A stretch of 64,000 nt of DNA from Octopus vulgaris (GCA_951406725.2 OX597818.1:130014001-130078000), one strand, 5' to 3'; positions 13,336 to 28,234 are shown, counted from the first letter of the stretch. Notes: generated from the sequence alone by a model not told the origin. Numbers and translations: made by a program.

Positions 13336-13386
<51 letters not shown>

Positions 13387-13543
13387 TACACACATATATA
13401 TACATATATATATATACATATATATATACATACATATATATACATATATATACATATATATATACATACATATATATACATATATATACATATATACACA
13501 CATATATATACATATATATACACACACACATATATACATATAG

Positions 13544-13885
13544 GCACTGGGATGGCCGTGTGATTGAAAACATTGCTTCCTAACCACCTGGCTCTAGGTT
13601 CAGTCCCACTGCATAGTACCTTAGGCAAGTGTTTTCTACTATAGCCTCAGGCTGACCAAAGCCTTTTGAGTAAACTTCGTACACGAAACTGAGAGAAGCC
13701 CATTACATATCTATGTGTATATATTCATGTGTGTGTTGTTATGCTTGTTTGTATTGTACACCTATAACTTAGTGGTTTGACAAAGGTGATCAATAGACTT
13801 TAAAAAAATTAGTACTGGGGTTGATTTGCTTGATTAAAATCCTTCAAGGTGGTGCTTCAGCACATCTACAGTCCAAAGATAGAAA
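13544..13885 (+). mobile_element. SINE family A, degraded
   Basis: GGTTCAGTCCCACTGC...CCTTAGGCAAGTG and tail remnant. Confidence 0.75.
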
Positions 13886-13942
13886 AGACACACACACACA
13901 CACACACACATCATGATGTCAGAAAAATCAAGACTACATATA

Positions 13943-13998
<56 letters not shown>

Positions 13999-14100
13999 TG
14001 CACATACATATATATATACATACACACAGACACAAGCATATATACATGCACACACACACATACATACATACATACATACACACACACATACATACATACA

Positions 14101-14132
<32 letters not shown>

Positions 14133-14313
14133 CACACATATGTACACATATCTACAATTTGTTTGTAATTGTAAATTTTGAAGTAAATAATATTATTTAT
14201 AGCTTTATCTACTTCAAGTCCTACAGTTGAAAATGAATTATTTCACATTCCCTTGAAGTTTCTAAAATTGTTATGACATCCTTCCACCCCGTGCACACAT
14301 GAGAGAGAAGGAG

Positions 14314-14348
<35 letters not shown>

Positions 14349-14815
14349 CAGTGAAAGAGAACAAGTTGTTCTGGATACACTATGTTTGAAAATGGAGAAT
14401 GGTGGTTGTATTTGAAATCTGTTTTATGAAAGGCCTGCTCGTCAACCCAGTTAACACTGACTTGGGGCTAAATAAACAGCATCTATTGTTCTATCTAGCA
14501 GCTTCCCTACTGTTATTATACATACAGTCGACTATTATTACAACTTGTACTAAATGAAGTTTAGTATCGACATGAGGTTTTTTTTTTTTTTAGAATTTTG
14601 ATAATTAGAGGCACTATTATTATAAATATTACTGTTACTAATACTATCACAACACCACCACCGCCACCACCAACAAAAACAACAGTACTATTACCACTAC
14701 CATCGATACTATTTCAACAACCAATACAGCTGCTACAGCTGCCTGTGTTCGTCACTACTTCTGCTAGTAGTAGCTTCGCCTCAGTAAAGTTTCAAGATAA
14801 AAAAAAAATTAAGAT

Positions 14816-15340
14816 GCAGGCATGGCTGTGTATTAAGAGGCTTTCTTTCCAAACACATAGTTCCGGGTTCAGTTCCATTGCATGGCACTTTGTTGCAAGT
14901 GTCTTCTACTATAGCCTTAGGCCAAGCAAAGCCTTGTAAGTAGATTTGGCAGATGGAAACTGAAAGAAGCCTGTCATATAGTAAAGGTAAAGAATATGCG
15001 CACCACTCATTTTTGGTGGTTGGGTTAGGGTTAGGGTTAAGTTTAGGGTTAGGATAACGCTGAAAAGGGGTGGTGTGCATATCTTTTACCTCCATCACAC
15101 ACACACATATATATGTGTGTGTGTGTGTTTGTGTGTGTATATCTATGTATGTGTGTTGTTGTGTCTGTCTGTCACCACTTGACAATTGGTATTGGTGTGT
15201 TTATATCCCTGTAACTTCTTTTTTTTTTTATCCTTGGGGTAGGTGTGGCTGCATGGTTAAGAGGTTTGGTCTCTTTGCTGGACTGCTAAGTTAGAGGAAT
15301 GTAAACAAACCAACACCAGATGTTGAGAGGTAGTGGGGAA

Positions 15341-15376
<36 letters not shown>

Positions 15377-15551
15377 TATATATATATATGTCAACCAATA
15401 TACGTTCAACAAAAAGACTGATAAAATAAATGCTAGGTTTAAAAATAAAAATTCTGGGAGTCGATTTGTTCAACTAAAACCCTTTAAAGTGGTGCTCCAG
15501 CATGGCCACAGTCAAATGACTGAAACGAGTAAAGGAATAAAGAATAAAAGA
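14816..15551 (+). mobile_element. SINE family A, composite (contains 14985-15091 and a copy of 16059-16190)
   Basis: Head at 14816, tail GGTGCTCCAGCATGGCCACAGTCAAATGACTGAAAC near 15490-15527. Confidence 0.8.
14985..15091. mobile_element. 107-bp element with ~22-bp terminal inverted repeats enclosing TTAGGG repeats
   Basis: AGGTAAAGAATATGCGCACCAC ... GGGTTAGGGTTAGGGTTAAGTTTAGGGTTAGG ... GTGGTGTGCATATCTTTTACCT. Confidence 0.7.
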
Positions 15552-15934
15552 TTACTGTTTCATCGGATGCTGCTGAACTTCCCAAACTCTCAAGCTACAT
15601 GTTCATGTGGGAATCATTTACTACAATGGCAAGTTAATGTAGAAGGCGATGTTGTCTTTCAACTTGCTAGAAATAGCAGCAAAATCTTTCACAAAACCTT
15701 GGATGACACTGTCTTGATACCCCCCTACAAAAATACAGGATAGTCATGACTGGATTGCTTTTGGTTAAGGATCGTAATTAATCAATCAATCTATCAGGGT
15801 TGAACTAGGATGAACAGCAATGAAGGTATGTGTATATGGTTGCTTGCTCTGTTAAAAGTAGCAACTAAATGCCCCTCAAGTTATGCCTTATGATTTAAAA
15901 GAAAATAATAAATGGGAAAATGTAGTCCTAGATA

Positions 15935-16130
15935 TCTCTTATCTTTTACTTGTTTCAGTCACTGGACAGTGGTCATGCTGGGCATGACCTTGAAGAGCTG
16001 GGGTCAATCGAACAAACTAACACCAGTATTTATTTTTTAAGCCTAGTACCCATTCTAGTGGTCTCTTTGCTGGACTGCTAAGTTAGAGGAATGTAAACAA
16101 ACCAACACCAGATGTTGAGAGGTAGTGGGG

Positions 16131-16161
<31 letters not shown>

Positions 16162-16327
16162 AATGTATATATATATATATATACGTCAACCAAATCTACT
16201 CACAAGACTTTGATCAACCTGGGGCCATAGTAGAAAGTACTTGCTCCAGGTGCTGTAAGGTGGGATTGAACACTAAAAACCACATGGCTGGGAAGCAAAC
16301 TTCTTAACCACGCAGCCACACCTACCC
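15935..16327 (-). mobile_element. SINE family A, degraded
   Basis: CTTTTACTTGTTTCAGTC tail at left, CTTAACCACGCAGCCAC head at right. Confidence 0.8.
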
Positions 16328-16475
16328 CAAGGGAAAAAAAGAAAGCAAAGCCAAAATGGTCAGACTAAGAACACCTTTGATTATAGGTCTGTTGAATTAG
16401 AGCTGATATGGGTCTTAAAAACAACAACAACTGCAATAATTAGCATGTTATTAACTCCAAGCAAATCCACAACTA

Positions 16476-17187
16476 TGAAGATGTGCTGAAAAGTTCCTCA
16501 CTTTGGGTAAAAGAAAATACAGGTGGATCAGTTAATAATGATTTTATTCAACATATTCCCCTCTCAGATCCACACACTTATTGCAGTGGTCCTTCAGTTT
16601 TTCTAAGCTCTGTAAAAGAATTCAGAAGGTTGCACCTCTAGCTAAGCCTTTTGAAATACCCTTAAAGCAAGGAATTTTCAGCACCCCTTTGGGTAAAAGA
16701 AAATACAGGTGGATTAGTTAATTATGATTTTATTCAACATATTCCCCTCTCAGATCCACACACTTATTGCAGTGGTCCTTCAGTTTTTCTAAGCTCTGTA
16801 AAAGAACTTCAGAAGGTTGCACCTCTAGCTAAGCCTTTTGAAATACCCTTAAAGCAAGGAATTTTCAGCACCCCTTTGGGTAAAAGAAAATACAGGTGGA
16901 TTAGTTAATTATGATTTTATTCAACATATTCCCCTCTCAGATCCACACACTTATTGCAGCAGTCCTTCAGCTTTTCTAAGCCCTGTAAAAGAACTCAGAA
17001 GGTTGCACCTCTAGCTAAGCCTTTTGAAATACCCTTAAAGCAAGGAACTTTTCAGTACCCTTTTCAGTACACTTATTGCAGTGGTCCTTCAGTTTTTCTA
17101 AGCCCTGTAAAAGAATTCAGAAAGTTGGGCCTCCAGTCAAGCCTTTCGTGATGCCCTTAAATCCAGAAAATTTTCGGCACCCAGTTG
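16476..17187. repeat. Tandem array (3 full units of 186-187 bp plus a partial one) derived from a Tc1/mariner-type MITE
   Basis: CTTTGGGTAAAAGAAAATACAGG recurs at 16501, 16687 and 16874; TIR-like GTGCTGAAAAGTTCCT / AGGAATTTTCAGCAC; TA at outer ends; monomers at 19805 and 28341. Confidence 0.85.
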
Positions 17188-17190
17188 TAT

Positions 17191-17248
<58 letters not shown>

Positions 17249-18624
17249 ACTACTGCTAGCACCACCACCACCACTACCACCACTACCACCACTACTACTA
17301 CTACTACTACTGCCGTTGCTACTGCTGCTGCTGCTGCTGCACATCAGCTACCACTAAAACTACTTTTCTTCATTATTTAATTATTATTATTATTACAGCC
17401 AAAGAAGCTGCCTCTAGATAGCCACTTAAAATGCTAGAAATAGCAGGCAAACAAAGTTTTGACAAATTACACTTTTTAGCATTTTAAATACTTATAACAG
17501 TGGATTGAATATGTTTTTGTCCGAAGTACACTAACTAACTATACCTGAATAAAAAAAAAATAGTTGGATGGTCATAACTGGAATGCCTCTGGTGTACCTT
17601 ATCAGTTCAGTGATGATCTGAGACTAAAGAAATAAAAATAACAAAATTTCTATAACCACCACCAACAACAACAACAACAAAAACAACACCACCACCACCA
17701 CCACCACCACAACCACCACCACCACCACCACCACCACCACCACCACCACCACAACCACCACCACCACCAACAACAACAACACCACCACCACCACCACCAT
17801 CACCACCGCCATCATCACCACTACCATCACCATCTCTACATCAGCCATCTCTGATCCCTCATCACATATGCTGCCATCTGTGCACATTTACAATCTCCTC
17901 TACCAACCACTACCGCCACCATCATCATCACCATCATCTCCTACTGGTCCCTTTACTGCTTTGTTATTTCTTATTTTTTTTTTTTTTCTTTATTTCATTT
18001 TTTTTTTCCTTGTTGTGGTGGTATGGGACAAGGGTCCAAGGGTCCAAGTAGTGGTATTGTCAAAGAGCTAAGAGGGTGAGAATCTGTAATACATGGGGGC
18101 TATGACTTGCCGCCCACAACAACACATCACAACACACAAGTTCGGATTGTTTGTCTATTGTGCAGAGGCTGGTTGTTGTTGGTAGCAGTACAATGAAGTC
18201 AGCTAACTTTCAATGTCTGGCCACCCAAACCATCCGCCCAACACCTCACCATGGTCCCCCAGTCGCCCAAGCCCTCCCCCTTACCCACCCCCAGATCTCA
18301 CCCCCCCCTACCTCGTTCACATTTCAGGGCAAGTCCATGGAACAAAATATGAACTGGGAAGTTTTGTGAATAAAGCAGCAGCCATCAGTCACAGCAATGG
18401 ATAGGCAGACAGAAGTACAGTAACAGTCCAGACTAGACTAGACTAGACTAGACTAGACTTGACTAGACTCCCTATGCTGTCACACTGCAGTCAACAAGGG
18501 ATCACTCTGAGTTCCTATTCTCTATTAAGCACTCTGATTTAGTTTAAGTAGCACACAGCATTTATATAACAGAAGAAGTCTCTCGATCACACACACACAC
18601 ACACACATATATGTGTGTGTGTAC

Positions 18625-18668
<44 letters not shown>

Positions 18669-18853
18669 ATATATGTATGTGTGTGTGTACATATAAATAT
18701 ATGTATATGTATGTATACATGTATATAAATATACCATCATATATGTACACACACACACATACATACATATCTATCTCAATGTGCATGTCTGTATATACAC
18801 ATATGTATATTACATATATACATACATTTATATTACGTATATTACAAATATAC

Positions 18854-18890
<37 letters not shown>

Positions 18891-19246
18891 CACACTCACA
18901 AATACACACAAACTTATATATACATGTATATTATATACATATTTGTAACAAAACCACTTTCAACTATGGAATCCCACATTCCTTGAACAAGTTTAACCCT
19001 TATTGGAAACAAAATCTCAATGGAGGGCAAGTCCGAAAGAAGTGAATACAAAACAAATAAACACAGACACACACGCATGTACACACACACACACACATAT
19101 AGATGTATATGTATCTGTATGTGTGTGAGTGTGTGTTAGAGTTATTAACTACACAGAACAGCATTACTCCAAGCTTTGCATTATCACTTTTCGACATATG
19201 TCAAAAACCAGTAATGTGAAGGATATAGATGCATATAAACTTAAAC

Positions 19247-19306
19247 TGGCGGTGCCCCAGCATGGCCACAGCTCATGAGCTGAAACTAGATGAAATGAAA
19301 TGAAAT
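19247..19306 (+). mobile_element. Severely 5'-truncated CR1-like LINE 3' end
   Basis: GGCGGTGCCCCAGCATGGCCACAGCTCATGAGCTGAAAC plus (GAAAT)n tail; matches the terminus of the LINE at 35627-35680. Confidence 0.65.
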
Positions 19307-19549
19307 GGAAAATATACAGAGGTACAGAAAATCATATAGGCTCACAGACATTGACACACACACATGCACACACACAAATATATATGGATCTTTATCAAGC
19401 ATATCTCCATGTGTATATACATATAAATATACACACATACAATGGGCTTATAGACTATTTATGAAATACATATATTTCTATAAGAGAAAACATTAACATC
19501 AGATCACAATGACGTACAAACATGTGTTTATACATATTCATGAAAACAT

Positions 19550-19584
<35 letters not shown>

Positions 19585-19587
19585 ATA

Positions 19588-19645
<58 letters not shown>

Positions 19646-19697
19646 AATACATATATATATGTATATATATATATATATATATACATAAATACATATA

Positions 19698-19762
<65 letters not shown>

Positions 19763-19804
19763 GTATATATATATATATGTATATATGTATATATATATAC
19801 TATA

Positions 19805-20006
19805 CAAGGGGGTACTGAAATATGCAAGAAGATCAGTTAATTATGATTTTAGTCAACATATTACCCTCTCAAATTTTCACACTTATTGAGGTGATCCTCT
19901 AGGTTTTTTTTCTAATCTCTATAAAAGAACTTGGAAGTTTGGCCTCTGCCACAACCCAGGCCTTTCGCAATACCCTTAAAGTCAGGAACTTTTCAGCGTC
20001 CACTCA
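19805..20006. mobile_element. Tc1/mariner-type MITE monomer
   Basis: TA-CAAGGGGGTACTGAAA ... AGGAACTTTTCAGCGTCCACTCA-TA; same body as the 16476 array. Confidence 0.7.
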
Positions 20007-20135
20007 TACATATTTAGAACGACATTCATGTGATGGACAAAGGCACAGATAGAAATAGAAGTAGTTATAGATACAAAACACCTTTAGTGAGTGTATATTC
20101 AACGTATACAGATCATATAAATTTCTGCACATATA

Positions 20136-20547
20136 GGCGTAGGAGTGGCTGTGTGGTAAGTAGCTTGTTTACCAACCACATGGTTCCGGGTTCAGTCCCA
20201 CTGCATGGCACCTTGGGCAAGTGTCTTCTACTATAGCCTCGGGCCGACCAAAGCCTTGTGAGTGGATTTGGTAGACGGAAACTGAAAGAAACCCATCGTA
20301 TATATGTATACATATATATATGCATAGGTGTGTTTGTGTGTCTGTGTTTGTCCCCCTAGCATTGCTTGACAACCGATGCTGGTGTGTTTATGTCCCCATC
20401 ACTTAGCGGTTCGGCAAAAGAGACCAATAGAATAAGTACTGGGCTTACAAAAGAATAAGTCCCGGGGTCGAGTTGCTCGATTAAAAAAGGTGGTGCTCCA
20501 GCATGGCTGCAGTCAAATGACTGAAACAAGTAAAAGAGCAAAGAGAG
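20136..20547 (+). mobile_element. SINE family A, full length and young
   Basis: Complete head, internal microsatellite and tail CCAGCATGGCTGCAGTCAAATGACTGAAACAAGTAAAAGAG. Confidence 0.95.
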
Positions 20548-21246
20548 TATATCTATTGAGACATGTTCAGAAATACAAAGATATATATAAAGCAACATGC
20601 ATTATAAATTCATGCAGAGCCATATTCATGGATACTAACACATTCAGTTATATACTTGCTTATATATATGCATGTGTGTGTGTGTAAAATATATATGTAC
20701 ATCATCTTCATCATCATCGTTGTTTAACATCCGCTTTCCATGTTAGCATGGGTTGGACAGTTTGACTGAGGACTGGCGAACCAGAAGGCTGCACCAGGCT
20801 CCATGTGTATATACATATAAATATATGTACACACACACACATTATATATACACATATCTATACATAAATGTATATATACAGACAAATATATATATTATAT
20901 ATACGCATATATGTGCACACACATATATACACACATGCATGCACACACATATATGCATATATATAGATATATATTTGTACATATACACGTGTATGCATAC
21001 ATACAAACACAAGCCCATTCCTGGTGAAGAGGGTACTTCTACACTTGTTCCAAAATTCATTAATATCTAAATATAGACATATTTCATATATAAGCAAATA
21101 CAAATAAATATACACAAATAAAGAAGAGTGCAAAAACTTATTATATTTAGGCAATAAACATATATATGTTATATATTTAAGAACAAGTAACGGAGATTAG
21201 CAAATCCTAGTAGATAACTTGTAAGTACTCAATGTCATTATATATG

Positions 21247-21295
<49 letters not shown>

Positions 21296-22059
21296 GCCTA
21301 AATATATATATATACATACACACAAGGCATTTATATATATAATTATATTTGTATAGATATGTATGTGTGTGTGAGTGTGTATATATATATAGATATGTAT
21401 ACATCCATATATCTATATATGTCTATATATCTAGGTATATAAATATACACACACACATATATATGTCTACATATGTATATATGTGTATATATATGTGTGT
21501 GTGTGTCTATATATATATATATATATTTATATATGTATATATATATATATATGTCGATACATATATATATATATGCCTATATATGTATATTTATGTCTAT
21601 ATATACATATATATCTATATATGTATATATATATATTAAAAGATTAAAAGATTAAAACAACGATATCATATATATATATATATATATATATATGATATTG
21701 TTATTTTAATCTTGTTGCTTTCTAAGTATTCTTGTTTGCGTGTGTGTATATATGTGTGTGTGAGTAGATATTCCAGTTTGAATGTATAAAGACCAGAGAT
21801 CAGCAAATGCATAAGTAAATTTTAATGAGATAGAAAAATATCACATTTCTGAACGTGTTTATGTGTTTATGTATGTATTTGATATATGACTCCAAAATGA
21901 ACAGATTTAGATAAATAATAGGAGTGGGGTGGGTGAGAACAGATTATATGTCTTTTTTAAAGTTATAAATGTTCCTAGATCACCTCATGCATCTATAAGT
22001 TATATACATTCAAATTATATGCATAATAGACACTAAGGACATATACACTAACTTTTATA

Positions 22060-22064
22060 TATAA

Positions 22065-22096
<32 letters not shown>

Positions 22097-22209
22097 ATCC
22101 TTGTACATATGTATGCATTTATATATGTGTGTGTATGTGTACATATATGTATACATGAGTGTCAGTTCAAATACATACATACATAATTACATGTATATAT
22201 ATAAGTATG

Positions 22210-22243
<34 letters not shown>

Positions 22244-22332
22244 TATATGTGTATATATACATATGTATATATACATATATATACATATGTATATATACAT
22301 ATATATACATATGTATATATACATATATATAC

Positions 22333-22425
<93 letters not shown>

Positions 22426-22776
22426 CATATATATACATATATATATATACATATATATACATATATATATATACATATATATACATATATATATATACAT
22501 ATATATACATATATATACATATATATATATATATGTATATATATGTATATATATGTATGTATGTAAGAATGCATACATGCATGTATGTATGTTTGGATGG
22601 ATGTATGTATGTATGGATGGGTGGATATTTGTATGTATGCACGTATGTCCTCAGTGCAGGTGTTAGTATGTATATTTCATATTTCTCCCTAATCCCAATT
22701 AACATAGTTTACCAAAGAGAACCTAGTCAGTCATGGTAATTACGAAAAATTGTTCACTCATTTAATACATGCATGC

Positions 22777-22846
<70 letters not shown>

Positions 22847-23361
22847 AAGTGCCATTACATAAAAATTACATTTCATACATAAAGTTTTATCATAAAAATT
22901 TCAGCACATCTTTCTTCTGCATTTTCCAATATAATTACCACTTACAGAATCTCATTTTCTTTTTAATTTCTACACACACACACACACACACACACGTACA
23001 CACACACACACACACACACACACGCGCACACACACATACACACGTTAGGGGCACGTAAATATAAATACTTCTTTTGACTAAGCTCCAGTATTTGACTACT
23101 TATATTAGAGTCCCTGGGGGGAAAGAAAGGTAAATCAGAAAGATTTGAATAGAGATATATTGTAAAGCTTCTCCTTCGGTTCTTTTCTATTAAGCACTTA
23201 TATATACATACATACATATATATATGTATAGATACATACATACGTATATGCATACATATATATATATATACACACATACATATATATACATACATATATA
23301 TACATATATATATATACATATATATATATATACATATATATATACATATATATATATATAC

Positions 23362-23413
<52 letters not shown>

Positions 23414-23598
23414 GCATATATATATATACATACACACACGCATATATATATATATACATACATACACACATGTATGTATAACTACATATATATATATATA
23501 AATTCACATATGTATAAGTATGCTGCTGTGTGTATATGTGTGTATATATATATATAGATAGATATGGATATATATATATATGTGTGTGTTTGTGTGTG

Positions 23599-23634
<36 letters not shown>

Positions 23635-23681
23635 CATATATATACATACATATACATGCATATATGTACACACACACATAT

Positions 23682-23714
<33 letters not shown>

Positions 23715-23934
23715 CATACATGTACACACATGCATACATGTATATATACTTGCACATATACATGCATATGTAATTAGAAACATATACATACATACATGTG
23801 TATATATATATACACATAGGGTGTTGATCGCAATATAATTAAAATTATTACCTCTCTTTCCCACGTCTCTAAATATATATGTGGGGATGGGAGGGAAGAG
23901 ATAATAAGACACATATATTTCAATCATACATACA

Positions 23935-23966
<32 letters not shown>

Positions 23967-24030
23967 CATAGTAATATACATACATTCATACATGCATACA
24001 TACATACATACATGCATGCATGCATTTAAT
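22060..24030. repeat. Large (TA)n/(TACA)n/(TG)n/(CA)n microsatellite field
   Basis: Direct inspection; short unique spacers only. Confidence 0.9.
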
Positions 24031-24489
24031 ACAGACACCACAGCTCAGACCTTGAATAGCATAATCACAACGCTGCATGCACAAGTTAGTGCTGTCATGA
24101 AATACTAGTCTGTAAGTGTAAATATAGAGAACTTAGGTCCTGAAAAGCAATGCCAGAGACGTACAGAGGGTTAAGTTAAGATACTCCTTATTGGTTTGAG
24201 TCTGAATAACCAATCAGAACACACACACACACACACACACATGTATACATGATTGTATTTATGTAAATTTATGTGTATGTATGCATGTATGTCTATGTGT
24301 GTGCATGCGTTTAGTGTACAATTGCATGCGTACATAGAAAGGGCTGTGTAATGTGCTAAGTCTATGATTCATGCCAGACATAGCATAATGGAGTAAAAAA
24401 CACTATGTACACAACTAACATGAATAAAAGTGAAGCAGAATAAAATTAAAAATAGAATAAGAGAAAGGGAAGAAGAGAGGAGAGGGATT

Positions 24490-24522
<33 letters not shown>

Positions 24523-25509
24523 GGGGAGTGGAAAGGAAAAATGAGTGAGTGTGAGGTATAGAGGGAGTGAGCCAGTGAGTGATGGTGGTTAAAACTTGGT
24601 TTGAAAAAGGAAAAGAAAGAGAGAGAGAGAGAAAGAAGGAAGGAGACAGAGAGTGAGAGAGAGAGAGTGAGAATCAAAAACGAAAGTGAAAGTAAGCATA
24701 AATGAGGAAAGCAAAGGAAAGTGTGTGCCGGTTGGGGGTGGGGGGAAGAGGAGAGGAGAGGAGGAGGGTGTCGGTAGTGGTGGTGGTGGTGGGGAATTGA
24801 AATTGAAAAGAATTAGGTAGAAGTGGGGTGGGTGGGGTGGGGTGGGGAAGTGAAATAAGAGTTGGAGGAAGATGATCGTCGTGATGGTGGTATTTGTCGG
24901 TGATGGAAGTGGGATAGAATAAAATTTTAAATTTAAAAAAATAAAATTTTTAAAGTGGGAGGGGGAAGAAGTAAATAAAATAGGGTGGTGGGAGGAGGCA
25001 AAAAATACCCCATCATCATCATCATTATCATCATCATAATAATCATCATTGCTTTCAGTGAAGAGGCTAGCATTTTCCACCTCTGATTACAAAGCTCATA
25101 GAAATATTTTTAGTTTGTTTTTTTTATATTTTTCTTTTTTTTTCATTATTTTCCTATGTATGAGTGTATATGTACATATGTGTGTATGTATATGTATGTG
25201 TGTGCGTGTGTGTGTGGTGGAGGAAAGGGTATTTAAAAAAATTTTTTTTTTAAATTTAAATTTAAATTTTTTCTCCCTCTCCCTCTACCCCGCCTGCCTC
25301 CTCTCACTCTCTCTCTCTCTGTCTTTCAGAAACAAACACGCACTTCTGAAGCCTACCCTATCAGTGAGAATACACTCCTATAGTAGTTTGCAGTGTATCA
25401 AATACATTATCCATTGTTTGGGGGGAAAGAAAAGAGAGAGAAAAAAAAAGTTACACAGATACATGTAAACCTACATACATACATGTGTATGTATGTGTGT
25501 GTGTCTGTG

Positions 25510-25555
<46 letters not shown>

Positions 25556-25599
25556 TATGTCTCTGATATTACACAAACACGTATGTGTACATGTGTGTG

Positions 25600-25632
<33 letters not shown>

Positions 25633-25667
25633 GTCTCTGATATTACACAAACACGTATGTGTACATG

Positions 25668-25709
<42 letters not shown>

Positions 25710-25839
25710 CTCATATACATACACTAAAAGATTTACAGCCACACTAAACTAGAAGAATAATGTGGAAATTTAGGAAAAAAATATTTTTTTAAATAATAAT
25801 AAAAATAATAAAAATAATAATAATAATAATAATAGTAAC

Positions 25840-25896
<57 letters not shown>

Positions 25897-26047
25897 TGAG
25901 CTGGTTCAATTTCAGAAATATAATGTTAACAGTAGATATGGTGCAGCTAGTGGGAGTTGCAGGGAGTTGTCAAAAATATTGGAAGGAATTAAAAGACTAC
26001 TAGTCAGGGTCAGGGAAATGATGTTTGCTTAGTTAGATAAAAGTTTA

Positions 26048-26080
<33 letters not shown>

Positions 26081-26335
26081 GGGGAGAGAGATAAAGGGAG
26101 GGAGAGAGGGAGAGAGAGATAAATGGAGGGAGAGAGGAAGAGAGAGAGATAAATGGAGGGAGAGAGTGAGGGCGGGGAAGAGAGAGTATGTGCATGTGTG
26201 TGTGTGTGCACGTGTGTGCGTGTGTGAGTATGTATGAATGTCCTCCTGTGTACTAGCCTAAATGACTAGTTGGGTATGAAAATACATATGTGCACATGTA
26301 TATGTGTGTGTATGTATATATATATATATATATAT

Positions 26336-27150
<815 letters not shown>

Positions 27151-27629
27151 TAGACACAGTCATAGCTGCTTGTGTAATAAGCTCACTTCGCAACCATGTG
27201 TGAGTGTGTGTGTTATTTGTGTGCATAATTTGTGTGTGTCTATCTATGATTTAATGTGTTTTCTCCATGGTCAATGGTTTATTGAACATTATACATACAT
27301 TTGTTAATAGCAATAGGAGATTGAAAAATAAAACAATCAACTAGCTAACGAGGAATTGAACCACATATCTCTTTCTTATGGGATAAGCATGCTACCATTT
27401 ATTCACATGAAGCGTTTCCATTTCTTTGCAAGGGAAGAGATGTGTGGTTTTGTTATCCATCAATGACTTCATTGTTATTTAACAATGTAAAATATTTGTT
27501 CTTTACACATGTATCATGTTAAATGTTGTTTTATAAGGACATTCTAGAGGTTAATTTATAATTTATTCATGTGTCGCTTTATTTGTATGTATCTATATGT
27601 ATAATACATATACTAAATGCGTGTGTGTG

Positions 27630-27661
<32 letters not shown>

Positions 27662-27664
27662 CAT

Positions 27665-27702
<38 letters not shown>

Positions 27703-27925
27703 TACATATATTACATATATATAAATGTACATACAAACATATACACAAACACATACACACAAACATGCACACACACACACACAAAAACACGTGCGCATGC
27801 ACACACACACACACACACACACACAAGTAAGCAGATAAATGCAAAACAAGGTGGAAAAAATAGCACTTGAAAACCAAAGGTAGAGTAATATGCTATTTAT
27901 TAAAGCTGAAAAAAGTCTTCGCAAG

Positions 27926-27963
27926 CTGTTACTCAGAGTTTCACTTCATTGTTGATCAGACGG
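27926..27963 (-). ncRNA. Degenerate minimal hammerhead motif at the centre of an inverted duplication (about 27898-28018)
   Basis: Minus: ccgt-CTGATCA-ac aatgaa gt-GAAA-ctctgag-TA-acag; G8 altered; near-palindromic ACTCTGAGT. Confidence 0.4.
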
Positions 27964-28024
27964 TTGTGATCATACTCTGAGTAACAGTTTGTGAAGAATC
28001 TTTTGTGACTTTAATAATGTGTGA

Positions 28025-28064
<40 letters not shown>

Positions 28065-28160
28065 CGGGAAGCTTTATGAAAATAAACAAAAGACGAAGAC
28101 AGGTGGAATACAAACAAACAATTGTATTAGTATGGTGCTCAGGAATATAAATAAAACAAG

Positions 28161-28198
28161 TCTTTTACGTTTCGAGCCTACGCTCTTCAACAGAAAGA
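28161..28198 (-). ncRNA. Minimal type-I hammerhead motif in a ~190-bp element (28064-28250) between (TA)n tracts
   Basis: Minus: tcttt-CTGTTGA-a-gagc gtag gctc-GAAA-cg-TA-aaaga; perfect stems I and II; A6 altered to U. Confidence 0.55.
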
Positions 28199-28234
28199 TA
28201 CACAGAAAAGAAACACGGAGAGAAACAAGGAGAG

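Noticed and set aside
15020-15052. TTAGGG repeats as evidence of a telomere or fusion site
   Set aside because: Only about five units, enclosed by inverted repeats; better explained as part of a small mobile element
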